Shown here piece by piece: positions 52,094 to 62,886 of a DNA stretch of 64,000 nt (position 1 is the stretch's first letter; every line of letters begins with the position of its first letter). The translations under genes were made by a program, and so were the position numbers. The notes beneath the pieces are model-generated. The model made no database searches, was not told the origin of the DNA, and worked only from the letters and a program-made list of their open reading frames with translations. The stretch is from an uncultured Alphaproteobacteria bacterium (GTDB lineage Bacteria; Pseudomonadota; Alphaproteobacteria; Rhizobiales; Xanthobacteraceae), in NCBI GenBank assembly GCA_963847015.1, contig CAWJYI010000026.1, positions 27,775-91,774 on the forward strand. Reading direction: 5' to 3'.

Positions 52094-52974
52094 ATGGAAT
52101 TGAGCGATCTCCTGACTTTTTCGACAGTCGCCCGGCTCGGTGGCATCACCCGCGCCGCTGACGAACTCAACACCGTGCAGTCCAACGTCACGCAGCGGGT
52201 CAAAGCGTTGGAGGCCGAGATCGGCACCGCCTTGTTCGAGCGGCACAGCCGCGGCATGACGCTGACCGGCGCCGGCCGCCGCCTGCTCCCCTATGCCCAA
52301 CGAATGGCGGCGCTGACGCGCGAAGCCGTGCTGGCCGCGCGCGACGACGGCGAGCCAAAGGGACCGCTCTCGATCGGCTCGATGGAGACCACGGCCGCGG
52401 TGCGCCTGCCTGCGCTGCTCGCCGAGTTTCATCGTCGTTTCCCCGCGGTGCGGCTGACGCTGCGCACGTCGACGACGGCGGACCTGGTGGCCGGCGTGCT
52501 CGACGGCACATTTGACGGCGCCTTCGTCGCCGGCCCAATCGATCATGCCGAACTCACCTCAGTGATCGCCTTCAGGGAAGAACTGGTGCTCGTCGCCGCG
52601 CGCCGCTGGAAAAGTCTCGCCGAGTTGCGCGCGGGCACGCCGGAGTCCGGCCCCACCGCACTGGTGTTCCGCACCGGCTGCACCTACCGGCAGCGGCTTG
52701 AACAGGTGTTTTCGGAATTCGGCTGGCCGTCCGCCACGCGGTTTGAACTCGGCACGCTCGACGGCATGATCGGCTGCGTCGCTGCCGACATGGGCGTGAC
52801 GATGTTGCCCCGCGCGGTGCTCGGGCGAAATGACACCGTCAGCATTCACACGCTGAAGGCCGCGCAGTCGCAGGTCGACACCCTCTTCATCCAGCGCCGC
52901 AGCGCGCATCGGTACAGCGCGTTGCAGGGATTGGTCTTTCTCTGGAGAAAAGCGATAAGGTCATCGCGGCCTGA
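52094..52974 (+). CDS. LysR-family transcriptional regulator; frameshift near 52935
   Basis: GGITRAADELNTVQSNVTQRVKALE HTH. Confidence 0.92.
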
Positions 52975-53021
52975 TCGTCCGCGCTGACCCGCACCGATTT
53001 CATTTGCTGCGCGAGCCACCT

Positions 53022-53569
53022 ATGTGCATCCCAATTCCAACGATCACCACACTTCGCCTGATCCTTCGCCCGCTGGACCTCGCCGACGCCGATGCGGTGC
53101 AAGCCGTTTTCCCTCAATGGGAAATCGTACAGTTCCTGAATTATCGGATTCCCTGGCCCTATCCGGCTGACGGTGCCCTGACATTCCTTCGCGACACCGC
53201 GCTTCCAGCGATGCGATCGGGAACCGCCTGGCACTGGTCAATCCGGCCCAAACCCGAACCCGGACAACTAATCGGCGTCATCAGCCTGATGGACCAACCG
53301 GCGAAAACAGAGGTTTCTGGCTCGACCCGGAATGGCGAGTTCAAGGGCTAATGACCGAGGCATGTTCGGCAGTGACCGATTACTGGTTCGAAACTCTTGG
53401 ACGGCCCGTCCTTCGCGCGCCAAAGGCCGCCGCCAACCTGCCTTCGCGCCGAATTTCCGAGAGTAGCGGCATGCGGCTGATCGGGATCGAGGATCTGGAT
53501 TATGTATCGGGCCGGCTTGCCAGCGAAATCTGGGAAATCACGCGCGAGGAGTGGCGCAGATCCCGGTAG
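53022..53569 (+). CDS. RimJ/RimL-type GNAT acetyltransferase; frameshift near 53305
   Basis: TLRLILRPL...; GLMTEA...NLPSRRISE in the next frame. Confidence 0.8.
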
Positions 53570-53628
53570 TAAAGGCACGCTATCATCGGGCTTTGCGTGA
53601 CCGCTGGCGCGCGTGTTATGCCGCTCGC

Positions 53629-54111
53629 ATGCCCGCCCCCATCCTTACCCTGATCGAAGCCGCAACCCACTGGCCAGAACGCGGCGCACTGATCGGCCTC
53701 GATCTCGGTACCAAGACCATCGGCGTTGCCGTGTCCAATGCCGATCGAAGGCTGGCGACCGGCGTCGAGACCATCCAGCGCAAGGCGTTCAAGGCCGACG
53801 CGGCGCGGCTGCTTGCGCTTGCGGGCGAACGCAGCGCGGTCGGTTTCGTGCTCGGCCTGCCCATCAACATGGACGGCAGCGAGGGCCCGCGCGCGCAATC
53901 GACACGGGCGTTTGCGCGGAATTTTTCAAAACTGACCGATCTCGCGATCGGTTTCTGGGACGAACGGCTCTCGACCGCCGCCGTCGAGCGCGAGCTGATC
54001 GGAATGGACGTCAGCCGCGCCCGCCGCGCCGAGGTGATCGACGAGCACGCCGCTATCTTCATCCTGCAGGGCGCACTGGACCGGCTGGCAAAGCTGCGCG
54101 GGGACCGCTGA
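53629..54111 (+). CDS. ruvX: YqgF/RuvX nuclease
   Basis: GLDLGTKTIGVA, GLPINMDG, WDERLST. Confidence 0.95.
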   Translation: MPAPILTLIEAATHWPERGALIGLDLGTKTIGVAVSNADRRLATGVETIQRKAFKADAARLLALAGERSAVGFVLGLPINMDGSEGPRAQSTRAFARNFSKLTDLAIGFWDERLSTAAVERELIGMDVSRARRAEVIDEHAAIFILQGALDRLAKLRGDR

Positions 54112-54113
54112 GA

Positions 54114-55043
54114 ATGGCGGTGGTGATTGCGGCCCTGCTGCCGGTGTTCCTGCTGATCGTACTGGGCTTCATCCTGAAGCGGACGCTGATGCGGCTGGAG
54201 ACGCAATGGCATGGGCTGGAACGGCTGACCTATTACGTGCTGCTGCCGGCGTTGCTGATCCAGACGCTGGTCAAAGCCGACCTGACCAAAGTGCCGGTTG
54301 CCGGCGTCGGCGGTGCGCTGCTGCTCTCGGCGCTGCTGATGTCGCTCTTGTGCCTGGCGATACGGCCCCTGCTCGCCCGCTGGGGCGTCGATGGGCCGGC
54401 CTTCACCTCGATCTTCCAGGGCGCGACCCGTTGGCAGACCTATGTCGCGTTCGCCGTCTCCAGCAATCTGTTCGGCGAAGCCGGACTGGCGCTGGCGTCG
54501 GTGGCGATGGTCGCGATCATCCCGCTGGTGAACGTGTTCAGCGTAGCCGTGCTCGCGCATTATGTTTCGCCGGGAAAACGATCGGCCGGCTCGATCGCGA
54601 TGACCGTGGTGCGCAATCCCCTGATCTGGGCCTGCTTGATCGGGCTTTTGCTCAACGTCGCCCATATCCCGCTCCCCAAACTATGGCACGAGGTCGCCGA
54701 CGCGCTCGGCCGTTCGTCGCTCGCCATCGGCCTGCTCGTGACCGGCGCCGGGCTGCATCTGGAAGGCATGTTTCGTCCGAGCTGTGCTGCTTCGGTCGCC
54801 GTGTTCCTCAAGCTGGTCCTGATGCCCGTGATCGCGGTTGCGTTGGCGCTGCTGTTCGGCCTCGCCGATTCCAATCTGGCGATCGTGACCGCCTGCGCGG
54901 CGGTACCGGCCTCCTCGAGCGCCTATGTGCTGGCCCGGCAGATGGGCGGCGATGCGCCGCTGCTCGCGCAGATCATCACGCTGCAGACCATTCTTGCGGC
55001 CATCACCATGCCGATCGCGATTGCGCTGGCGGCGATGTGCTAG
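54114..55043 (+). CDS. AEC-family transporter
   Basis: LERLTYYVLLPALL, NPLIWA, KLVLMP; about 10 TM segments. Confidence 0.88.
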   Translation: MAVVIAALLPVFLLIVLGFILKRTLMRLETQWHGLERLTYYVLLPALLIQTLVKADLTKVPVAGVGGALLLSALLMSLLCLAIRPLLARWGVDGPAFTSIFQGATRWQTYVAFAVSSNLFGEAGLALASVAMVAIIPLVNVFSVAVLAHYVSPGKRSAGSIAMTVVRNPLIWACLIGLLLNVAHIPLPKLWHEVADALGRSSLAIGLLVTGAGLHLEGMFRPSCAASVAVFLKLVLMPVIAVALALLFGLADSNLAIVTACAAVPASSSAYVLARQMGGDAPLLAQIITLQTILAAITMPIAIALAAMC

Positions 55044-55054
55044 GAAGCGATGTG

Positions 55055-55831
55055 CTAGCTTGAGCCGGCAAGCCAGAAGGTCTGCGCGGTCGCGGCGAAA
55101 TTGTTGAGGCCGTGCAGGACGATCGTCAGCCAGGTCGAGTTGCTGCGATAGCGCAAATAGCCGAGCAACAGGCCGATCGAAAATATCTCGCCGAAAAAGA
55201 ACCAGTCATACTGCAGGTGCAGCGACGTCCATGCCAGCGACGACAGGACGATGGCGCCGACGACCCCGAGGCGGGATTCCGACCAGCCACGATAGAGAAA
55301 CCCGCGCGAGAGAATCTCTTCCGACAGCGGCGCGGCAATGCAGAACGCGACCACCAACAGCCACAACGCGCCGTCGGCCTGCGCCGATTTCAGCACCTCG
55401 CCCATAAAGCCCGGCGTCACCTCGCGCCCAAGCGCGCGCGAGACCATATCCCAGCCGCCCACCAACAGCGCCAGCGAGACGATCCCGATGAGGAGGTTGC
55501 TCCACGAGGTCCAGCGCAGCGCGAGGTAATCCGCAAATGGCGTGCGCGTCGGACGGATCGCGATCCAGGCCGCCGCCAGCACGGCGGGTAATCCCATGAT
55601 GACCGACAGCGATATCGTCAGCCCGCCGGCGACCACATGGATCGCAGTTGCCATGTCGAACGGCCCGCCCTGTTTCAACACCAAAAAGGCGATGACAGCA
55701 GCCTGGCCTACAAACATGCCGGCGAAGATGAACAGTCCCCACAGCGCGGTACCCCAGAACTTCCAGACGCGCGGTGGGAGTTGGGCGGGCATGAGCGTCA
55801 CGGGCGGATTTTCGGGAGTGAGAGCATCCAT
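55055..55831 (-). CDS. CPBP/Abi-family intramembrane metalloprotease
   Basis: EEILSRG, SLHLQY, LHGLNN. Confidence 0.9.
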   Translation of the reverse strand: MDALTPENPPVTLMPAQLPPRVWKFWGTALWGLFIFAGMFVGQAAVIAFLVLKQGGPFDMATAIHVVAGGLTISLSVIMGLPAVLAAAWIAIRPTRTPFADYLALRWTSWSNLLIGIVSLALLVGGWDMVSRALGREVTPGFMGEVLKSAQADGALWLLVVAFCIAAPLSEEILSRGFLYRGWSESRLGVVGAIVLSSLAWTSLHLQYDWFFFGEIFSIGLLLGYLRYRSNSTWLTIVLHGLNNFAATAQTFWLAGSS

Positions 55832-55922
55832 CAGCAGGCTTTCGATTGACTGACTTCATCCGGTCGCCGCCACGCCGGCCTTTGCGCGGCACACACCGCC
55901 TTTGTCCCGCAAGAAAGTTAAG

Positions 55923-55957
55923 GACGTGGATGGCCGGGAAGAGCCCGGCCATGACGG
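55923..55957. repeat. REP half-element
   Basis: gtggatggccggg-aagag-cccggccatgacg. Confidence 0.7.
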
Positions 55958-55969
55958 TTAACAGAACAT

Positions 55970-57613
55970 TTACGGCAGCGCCCGTTCCAGCAAAGCGCGG
56001 ATGTCGCCGGGGGCGAGATCGACTGCGCCGTACATGCTGGCGTGGTTCCCGGCAAGGCGCGTCGCCGCGAACAGTTCGGCATGACGTGGCCGCACCGCAT
56101 TGAGCGCCGCGACGGCTGCGAGCAGCGCCAGTTTCTCGACCGCCAGCCGCGCCACGCGTTCGCTGTCGGGCCGCCGAAACGCCTTGCCAATGAAAGCGAC
56201 CGCCTCGCCGGCGCCCGGCAAGCCCTGCGTTTCAGCGCTGAGATCACCCAGCACCGACAATGCCGCGTCGGCTTCACGCGACAGCGCCCGGAGCACATCG
56301 AGGCACATCACGTTGCCGGAGCCTTCCCAGATCGCGTTGACCGGCGCCTCCCGGTAATGCCGCGCCAGAATGCCCTCCTCGACATAGCCATTGCCGCCGA
56401 GGCACTCCATCGCCTCGTACAGAAATCCCGGCGCGCTCTTGCAGACCCAGTATTTGATCGCCGGTGTCAGAAGCCGCATATAGGCGGCCTCCCTCGCGTC
56501 GGCCGGCGCGCGATCGAACGAACGGCACAGCCGCATGACGAGCGCGATCGAGGCTTCGACATGCAGCGCCATGTCCGACAGCACCGCCTGCATCAGCGGC
56601 TGATCGGCGAGATGTTTCTGGAATACGCTGCGATGCCGCGCGTGATGCAGCGCATGCGCGAGCCCCGAGCGCATCAGGCCGGCGGATGCAATCGCGCAGT
56701 CCTGCCGCGTCAACTGCACCATCTGGATGATGGTGCGGATGCCCTTGCCTTCGTCGCCGATACGTTCGGCGTAAGCGCCGGCGAACTCTACTTCGGAAGA
56801 CGCATTGGAGCGGTTGCCGAGCTTGTCCTTCAGCCGCTGAAACCGGATCGCATTCACGGAACCATCGGGTGCAAAGCGCGGCATGAAGAAACAGCTCAGG
56901 CCGTCATCGGCCTGCGCCAGCACCAGAAAGGCGTCGCACATCGGCGCAGACATGAACCATTTATGGCCGGTGATGCGGTAGGCGCCGCCGTCGCGCTCCG
57001 CCCGCGTCATGTTGGCGCGGACGTCGGTGCCGCCCTGCTTCTCGGTCATGCCCATGCCGACCGTCATGCCGCGTTTCGTCGGCCACGGCGCAAAGCCTGG
57101 ATCGTAGGCGCGGCTCGCAAGGACGGGCATCACCTTCGCCAGCAGATCCGGCTGTTCGGCCAGCGCCGCCACGGAGGCGCGTGTCATGGTGATCGGGCAG
57201 AGATGCCCGGTCTCGACCTGCGAGGCCATGTAGAATTTGGCGGCGCGCACCACTTCCGCCGCGCCACCGGCCGGCTTGCCTTGCGCGTTCCAGGTCGAAT
57301 TATGCACACCGGCATGCGCACTGTGCGCCATCAATTCGTGATAGGCCGGGTGAAACTCGACTTCGTCGCGGCGGTACCCACGGGAATCGAAAATGCGCAG
57401 TTTCGGCGTGTTCTCGTTGGCGAGCCGGCCCCGCGCCGCCATCGCCGCCGAACCCCAATGCTTGCCGAATTCGGACAGCTCGGCTTGCGCGGACCCGCCG
57501 CCATTGGCGGCGACCGCTTCCGCCAACGGCCGGTCCAGCGCAAACAAATCGACGTCCTCGAACGGCGGCGACTGGTTGAAGACCTCGTGGGTGGCGAAGG
57601 ATGCCTGCGTCAT
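55970..57613 (-). CDS. aidB: Acyl-CoA dehydrogenase, AidB-like
   Basis: THEVFNQSPP, CPITMT, GMTEKQGGTD, RLKDKLGNRSNASSE, IWEGSGN. Confidence 0.88.
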   Translation of the reverse strand: MTQASFATHEVFNQSPPFEDVDLFALDRPLAEAVAANGGGSAQAELSEFGKHWGSAAMAARGRLANENTPKLRIFDSRGYRRDEVEFHPAYHELMAHSAHAGVHNSTWNAQGKPAGGAAEVVRAAKFYMASQVETGHLCPITMTRASVAALAEQPDLLAKVMPVLASRAYDPGFAPWPTKRGMTVGMGMTEKQGGTDVRANMTRAERDGGAYRITGHKWFMSAPMCDAFLVLAQADDGLSCFFMPRFAPDGSVNAIRFQRLKDKLGNRSNASSEVEFAGAYAERIGDEGKGIRTIIQMVQLTRQDCAIASAGLMRSGLAHALHHARHRSVFQKHLADQPLMQAVLSDMALHVEASIALVMRLCRSFDRAPADAREAAYMRLLTPAIKYWVCKSAPGFLYEAMECLGGNGYVEEGILARHYREAPVNAIWEGSGNVMCLDVLRALSREADAALSVLGDLSAETQGLPGAGEAVAFIGKAFRRPDSERVARLAVEKLALLAAVAALNAVRPRHAELFAATRLAGNHASMYGAVDLAPGDIRALLERALP

Positions 57614-57627
57614 GACTGATCCCGGAA

Positions 57628-58395
57628 TCAATTGCGCGGCGTGATCGGGAAATCATAGGCCTGCCCGCCCGCACCCGGCAGCGAAAAGTGCCACCACTCC
57701 TTTGAATAATTTGCGAAACCCTGCCTCGCCATGGCGGCGACGAGCGTATTCCGCCACCGCCGCTGCGCGGGCGTGATCGAGGGTGCGGCGGTGTGCGCCT
57801 TCAGATCGGAACAGTCGTAGCCGGTACCCATATCGACGCTGGCTTCCGGCGCCCGCGCCTCCGCAGGCGCCGTGCAGTCGGCGTAGGCCTTGTTCGGATC
57901 GAACGCTGCCGAATTGTCGGCCTTCAGATCCACCAGTGTCAGATCGAGGGCGGCGCCGGTGGAATGCCCGGAACGTTCGGCGATGTAGCCGAGCCGGAAC
58001 AAATCCTGTTTGCGAAAGGCCGGATTGTAGCGCCGCCCGGCGGCGGTTTCCCTGCCATCCCTGGACCACGCCACCATGTCGGCGACCGCGCGTCGCGGCC
58101 GGTAACAGTCGAACATTTTCAGCGACAGCTTTTGCGGCACGAGCAAATCCTGGATGCGTCGCAGCGCCACGGCGACCTCTCGCTTCACAACGCATTCGGC
58201 CGCCGCATAGCCGGCGAGCGGATGGCCGACAAAATTGTTCGGGCCGGCGTAGCGGATGTCCTGGATGATGGTCGGATCGATGTCGCGCAGATAGACGAAA
58301 CCGCCCGGCAGGCGTTGCGCGCCCGCGGCCACCGTGGCACAGGCCAGCGTGAGGCCGGTAAATGCGATCGCTAAAATCAGCCGCCTTTTCTGCAT
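57628..58395 (-). CDS. ddpX: D-alanyl-D-alanine dipeptidase (M15D, VanX-like)
   Basis: [27 protein letters not shown]. Confidence 0.9.
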   Translation of the reverse strand: MQKRRLILAIAFTGLTLACATVAAGAQRLPGGFVYLRDIDPTIIQDIRYAGPNNFVGHPLAGYAAAECVVKREVAVALRRIQDLLVPQKLSLKMFDCYRPRRAVADMVAWSRDGRETAAGRRYNPAFRKQDLFRLGYIAERSGHSTGAALDLTLVDLKADNSAAFDPNKAYADCTAPAEARAPEASVDMGTGYDCSDLKAHTAAPSITPAQRRWRNTLVAAMARQGFANYSKEWWHFSLPGAGGQAYDFPITPRN

Positions 58396-58535
58396 CGAAC
58401 CCCTTCCCGCGCGCCGAACGCGGCCACATTGCGGCAACCCCGTTTACCCTGCACTGCGACAGACCGGGGGATAACTCGCAAGCCCCCTATTCGCACTTGC
58501 CCCGTGGTGCATCTCTGCCTATAGCTCTCGCTTTA

Positions 58536-59489
58536 ATGACCCCTGCATCGAAATCGACCTTCGTCCTCGGGCACCGGCATCTGCTGGGAATCGAGGGGCT
58601 TTCCGCTGCCGATATTACCGGCCTGCTCGACCTTTCCGAGGAATATGTCGAGCTCAACCGCCAGGTGGACAAGAAGCGCACGAGTTTGCGCGGTCGCACC
58701 CAGGTGAACCTGTTCTTCGAGGCCTCGACCCGCACCCAATCCTCGTTCGAGCTGGCGGGAAAACGGCTCGGCGCCGACGTGATGAACATGTCGGTGTCCT
58801 CGTCCTCGATCCGCAAGGGCGAGACGCTGATGGACACGGCGGTGACGCTCAACGCCATGCACCCGGACATCCTGGTGGTGCGGCACCACGCCTCCGGCGC
58901 GGTGGAACTGCTCGCGCGCAAGGTTGACGGTTCCGTGATCAATGCCGGCGACGGCAGCCACGAACATCCGACCCAGGCGCTGCTGGACGCGCTGACCATC
59001 CGCCGCAACAAGGGCCGGCTCGAAGGACTCGTGATCGCGATCTGCGGCGACGTGATGCATTCGCGGGTGGCGCGCTCCAATATCCTGCTGCTCAACACCA
59101 TGGGCGCCCGCGTCCGCGTGGTGGCGCCTTCCACCCTGCTGCCGCGCGGGATCGAGCGGATGGGCGTCGAGGTGGCCCGCGACATGCGCGAGGGGCTCAA
59201 CGGCGCCGATATCGTGATGATGCTGCGGCTGCAGCGCGAGCGCATGAACGGTTCCTTCGTGCCGTCCTCGGGCGAATATTTTCATTATTTCGGCCTCGAC
59301 CAGAAGAAGCTTGCCTATGCAAAACCCGATGCGCTGGTGATGCATCCGGGGCCGATGAACCGGGGCGTCGAGATCGACTCGATCGTGGCGGATGGCGCGC
59401 AATCGCTGATCCGCGAACAGGTGGAAATGGGAGTGGCGGTGCGGATGGCGGTGCTCGAAGCGCTCGCCCGCAACCTGCCGAACGCTTAA
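58536..59489 (+). CDS. pyrB: Aspartate carbamoyltransferase catalytic subunit
   Basis: [24 protein letters not shown]. Confidence 0.97.
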   Translation: MTPASKSTFVLGHRHLLGIEGLSAADITGLLDLSEEYVELNRQVDKKRTSLRGRTQVNLFFEASTRTQSSFELAGKRLGADVMNMSVSSSSIRKGETLMDTAVTLNAMHPDILVVRHHASGAVELLARKVDGSVINAGDGSHEHPTQALLDALTIRRNKGRLEGLVIAICGDVMHSRVARSNILLLNTMGARVRVVAPSTLLPRGIERMGVEVARDMREGLNGADIVMMLRLQRERMNGSFVPSSGEYFHYFGLDQKKLAYAKPDALVMHPGPMNRGVEIDSIVADGAQSLIREQVEMGVAVRMAVLEALARNLPNA

Positions 59490-59492
59490 ATC

Positions 59493-60794
59493 ATGCTGAC
59501 CGAACGCCGCCCGATCCTGCTCGCCAACGCCCGCGTCGTCGATCCCTCCAGGGATTTCGACGGCCCCGGCGACGTCCTGATTGCCGATGGCATGATCCGT
59601 GACAGCAAGCGCGGCATCGGCGCCGCCGGCGTGCCCGAGGGTACCGACATCATCAATTGCGCCGGCAAGATCGTCGCCCCCGGGCTGATCGACATGCGCG
59701 CCTTCGTCGGCGAACCCGGCGCCAGCCACCGCGAAACCTTTGCTTCCGCGAGCCAGGCCGCGGCCGCCGGCGGCATCACCACCATCATCTGCCAGCCGGA
59801 CACCTCGCCGGTAATCGACAATTCGGCCACGGTCGATTTCGTGCTGCGCCGGGCGCGCGACACCGCGATCGTCAACATCCACCCGATGGCGGCGCTGACC
59901 AAGGGGATGCGCGGCGAGGAGATGACCGAGATCGGGCTGCTGAAAGCCGCCGGCGCGGTCGCCTTCACCGATGGCGACCGCAGCGTCACCAATGCGCAGG
60001 TGATGCGCCGGGCGCTGACCTACGCGCGCGATTTCGACGCCCTGATCGTACACCACACCGAGGACCCCGATCTGGTCGGCGAAGGCGTGATGAACGAAGG
60101 CGAATTCGCCACGCGTCTCGGCCTCATCGGCATCCCCAACGCCGCCGAAGCTGTCATGCTCGAGCGCGACATGCGGTTGGTGGCACTGACCGATGGCCGC
60201 TATCACGCAGCGTCGCTGTCGTCGATCGAATCGCTGGAAATCCTCAAGCGCGCGCGCGATGCGGGACTTGCGGTCTCGGCCTCGGTTTCGATCAACCATG
60301 TCACGCTGAACGAAAACGATATCGGTCCCTATCGCACGTTCCTGAAACTGTCGCCGCCGCTGCGCACCGAGGAGGACCGCCAGGCGCTGGTCGCGGCGCT
60401 GGCCACCGGCCTGATCGACGTCGTGATGTCCGATCACAATCCGCAGGACGTCGAGGTGAAACGGCTGCCGTTTGCGGAAGCGGCCTCCGGCGCGGTCGGC
60501 CTGCAGACCATGCTGCCGGCGGCGCTGCGGCTCATTCACAACGGCGAGATGGATTTCAGGACGCTGATCCGCGCGATGTCGACGCGTCCGGCGGAACTTC
60601 TGGGCCTTCCCGGCGGCACGCTGCGCGCGGGTTCCCCCGCGGATGTCATCGTCATCGATCCCGATACGCCTTGGGTGCTCGATCCGGCCGATCTCAAATC
60701 GCAGTGCAAGAACACGCCGTTCGATGACGCCCGCTTTTCGGGCCGCGTCGTGCGTACTATTGTCGGCGGACGGACGGTGTATGAGCATGTCTAA
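59493..60794 (+). CDS. pyrC: Dihydroorotase-family protein (PyrC'-like; metal-binding His residues appear replaced: DMRAF)
   Basis: PGLIDMRAFVGEPG, AAAAGGITT, KLSPPLR, SDHNP, KNTPF. Confidence 0.9.
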   Translation: MLTERRPILLANARVVDPSRDFDGPGDVLIADGMIRDSKRGIGAAGVPEGTDIINCAGKIVAPGLIDMRAFVGEPGASHRETFASASQAAAAGGITTIICQPDTSPVIDNSATVDFVLRRARDTAIVNIHPMAALTKGMRGEEMTEIGLLKAAGAVAFTDGDRSVTNAQVMRRALTYARDFDALIVHHTEDPDLVGEGVMNEGEFATRLGLIGIPNAAEAVMLERDMRLVALTDGRYHAASLSSIESLEILKRARDAGLAVSASVSINHVTLNENDIGPYRTFLKLSPPLRTEEDRQALVAALATGLIDVVMSDHNPQDVEVKRLPFAEAASGAVGLQTMLPAALRLIHNGEMDFRTLIRAMSTRPAELLGLPGGTLRAGSPADVIVIDPDTPWVLDPADLKSQCKNTPFDDARFSGRVVRTIVGGRTVYEHV

Positions 60795-60874
60795 AGCGTT
60801 TTCAAGCGAAGTGGGTAACGCGCCAAATAGAGATCCTCATGCGCGCGAAATTTGCCGGCACGGGAGTTGCGGCG

Positions 60875-61470
60875 ATGTCAACTGACGCCTTCCTCGTCGT
60901 CGCATTCGCCCTCGGCTATCTGCTCGGCTCGATCCCGTTCGGGCTGGTGCTGACAAAGCTCGCGGGCACCGCAAGATCTGCGCTCCATCGGTTCCGGCAA
61001 TATCGGCGCCACCAACGTGCTGCGTACGGGCCGCAAGGGCCTCGCCGCGGCGACGCTGATCTGCGATGCGCTCAAGGGCACGGTCGCGGTCGTCATCGCC
61101 GGCTATTTCGGCGGGCCGGATGCGGCAATGCTGGCCGCACTCGGCGCCTTTCTCGGCCACCTCTTCCCGGTATGGCTCAAATTTCGGGGCGGCAAAGGCG
61201 TTGCGACCTATATCGGCGTGCTGATCGGCCTGTTCTGGCCGGCGGCCGTGGTGTTTTGCGTGATGTGGATCGCGACAGCCTTCACCACGCGCTATTCGTC
61301 GCTCTCAGCCCTGATCGCGGCCTTTATCACGCCGCTGTTTCTGTGGTGGTTCGGCCACGCCGGCGCTGGCGTCGCTGTTCGTCGTGCTGACCGTGCTGCT
61401 GTTCTACAGCCATCGCGAAAACATCAAGCGGCTGCAGGCGGGGACTGAAGGGAAGATCGGCGAGAAGTAG
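60875..61470 (+). CDS. plsY: Glycerol-3-phosphate acyltransferase; two frameshifts
   Basis: [29 protein letters not shown]...GGKGVAT and HRENIKRL in successive frames. Confidence 0.92.
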
Positions 61471-61507
61471 CGAGCAGCGACCGCCCGGCCGCTCGTCGTC
61501 GCTTTCG

Positions 61508-62750
61508 TCATCGCCGCGCCAGCGCATCCTCGACAAACCGCGCCGCCGCCAGCGCGCCGGCATCGTTGCCATATCGCGCAATCACCTGCACGCCCACCGG
61601 CAATCCGCCGTCGGCGACGTGAGCGGGAATGTTGACGCAGGGGACACCCATCAGCGTCCACAGCCGGTTGTAACGGGCATCGCCGGTCGAGCCCAATCCC
61701 TTCGGTGCAGCGCCGGGCGCTGACAATGTCAGCAGCACATCGACATCCCCAAATACATCAGCCAATGCGTGCCGCGCCTGGCTTGCGACCCTGATCGCCC
61801 CGTCGTAAGCGGCCGGCGTCATGCCCCGGCTTTCGTCGAGCCTCCCGCGCAAGAACGGCGCCATGGCGTCGTAATGCACGCGGTATTCCCAGGCCAGCGC
61901 CTGGTGCGCCTCGAATTCCTGCACAACGGGCTGCTCGCGCCATGCCTCGGCGATGATTTCGGGCAGCGCCAGTTCACGAACGGTCGCTCCGGCGCGCTCC
62001 GCCGCCTTGGCAGCGATCCGTAGCGCTTCGGCGCCCTCGGCTTCCGGCGCACCGGCAAAATCCTGCGTCACGACGCCGATGCGGGGCGTCGGTATCGTTG
62101 CCTGCGGCAGCAATTCCGGCCGGCCGGTCATCGCCGAAAGCCCATGGGCTACGTCTTTGACGCCGGCCGCGAACAGCCCGACAGTATCCAGCGTCCAGGA
62201 ATAGCACTTCACGCCGACCGTCGGCAGCATCCGGTACGACGGCTTGATCGCGGCGACGCCGCAGAACGAGGCTGGGCGGATCACCGAGCCGCCGGTCTGC
62301 GTTCCCAGCGCCAGCGGAATCATGCCGGCCGCGACCGCCGCCGCAGAGCCCGACGACGATCCCCCCGGCGTATGGCCATGATTGTGCGGATTGACCGTCG
62401 CGGTCGGATCCGATGAGGCAAACGCCGTCGTCGTGGTCTTGCCGATGATGGTCGCGCCCGCCGCCTTCAGCATCATGACGACCGCCGCATCGCCGCGCGG
62501 CCGCCAACCCCTGTAGATCGACGAGCCCATCTCGGTCGGAAAGTCCGTCGGTATCCATGATGTCCTTGATGCCGACGGCGATCCCGCGGAGCGACCCGGC
62601 AGTCGCGGCGCGGACTTTGTCGCCATGGCAGACGAAGGCGCCGATGGTTTTGTCCTGCGCGCCGATCGCTTCCAATGACTGTGCGATCGCCGCATCGGCG
62701 GAAAGATCGCCGGCATCGATGCGGCGTTGAAGTTCGGCGAGAGAGATCAT
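61508..62750 (-). CDS. Amidase; frameshift near 62547
   Basis: VGIKDI, PGGSSSGS, GTQTGGSVIRPA. Confidence 0.9.
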
Positions 62751-62886
62751 GAGCGATATTTCCTGGGCGATATTTCCTGCGGGCGGCAGACCGGCCAGGT
62801 TTTACGGAGCGGTTCGGGATGGGGCAAGCGACGATCGAAGCGAAACAGGTTGATCACACCCTCCGGTTGGGCAAAGCTGCGTCCGC

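Noticed and set aside
53613-55043. 476-aa extended AEC transporter
   Set aside because: The 5' extension is an alternate frame of ruvX; the real start is at 54114.
58533-60788. 751-aa antisense ORF, and the many similar long shadow ORFs
   Set aside because: They lie opposite well-supported genes and are expected from high-GC codon bias.
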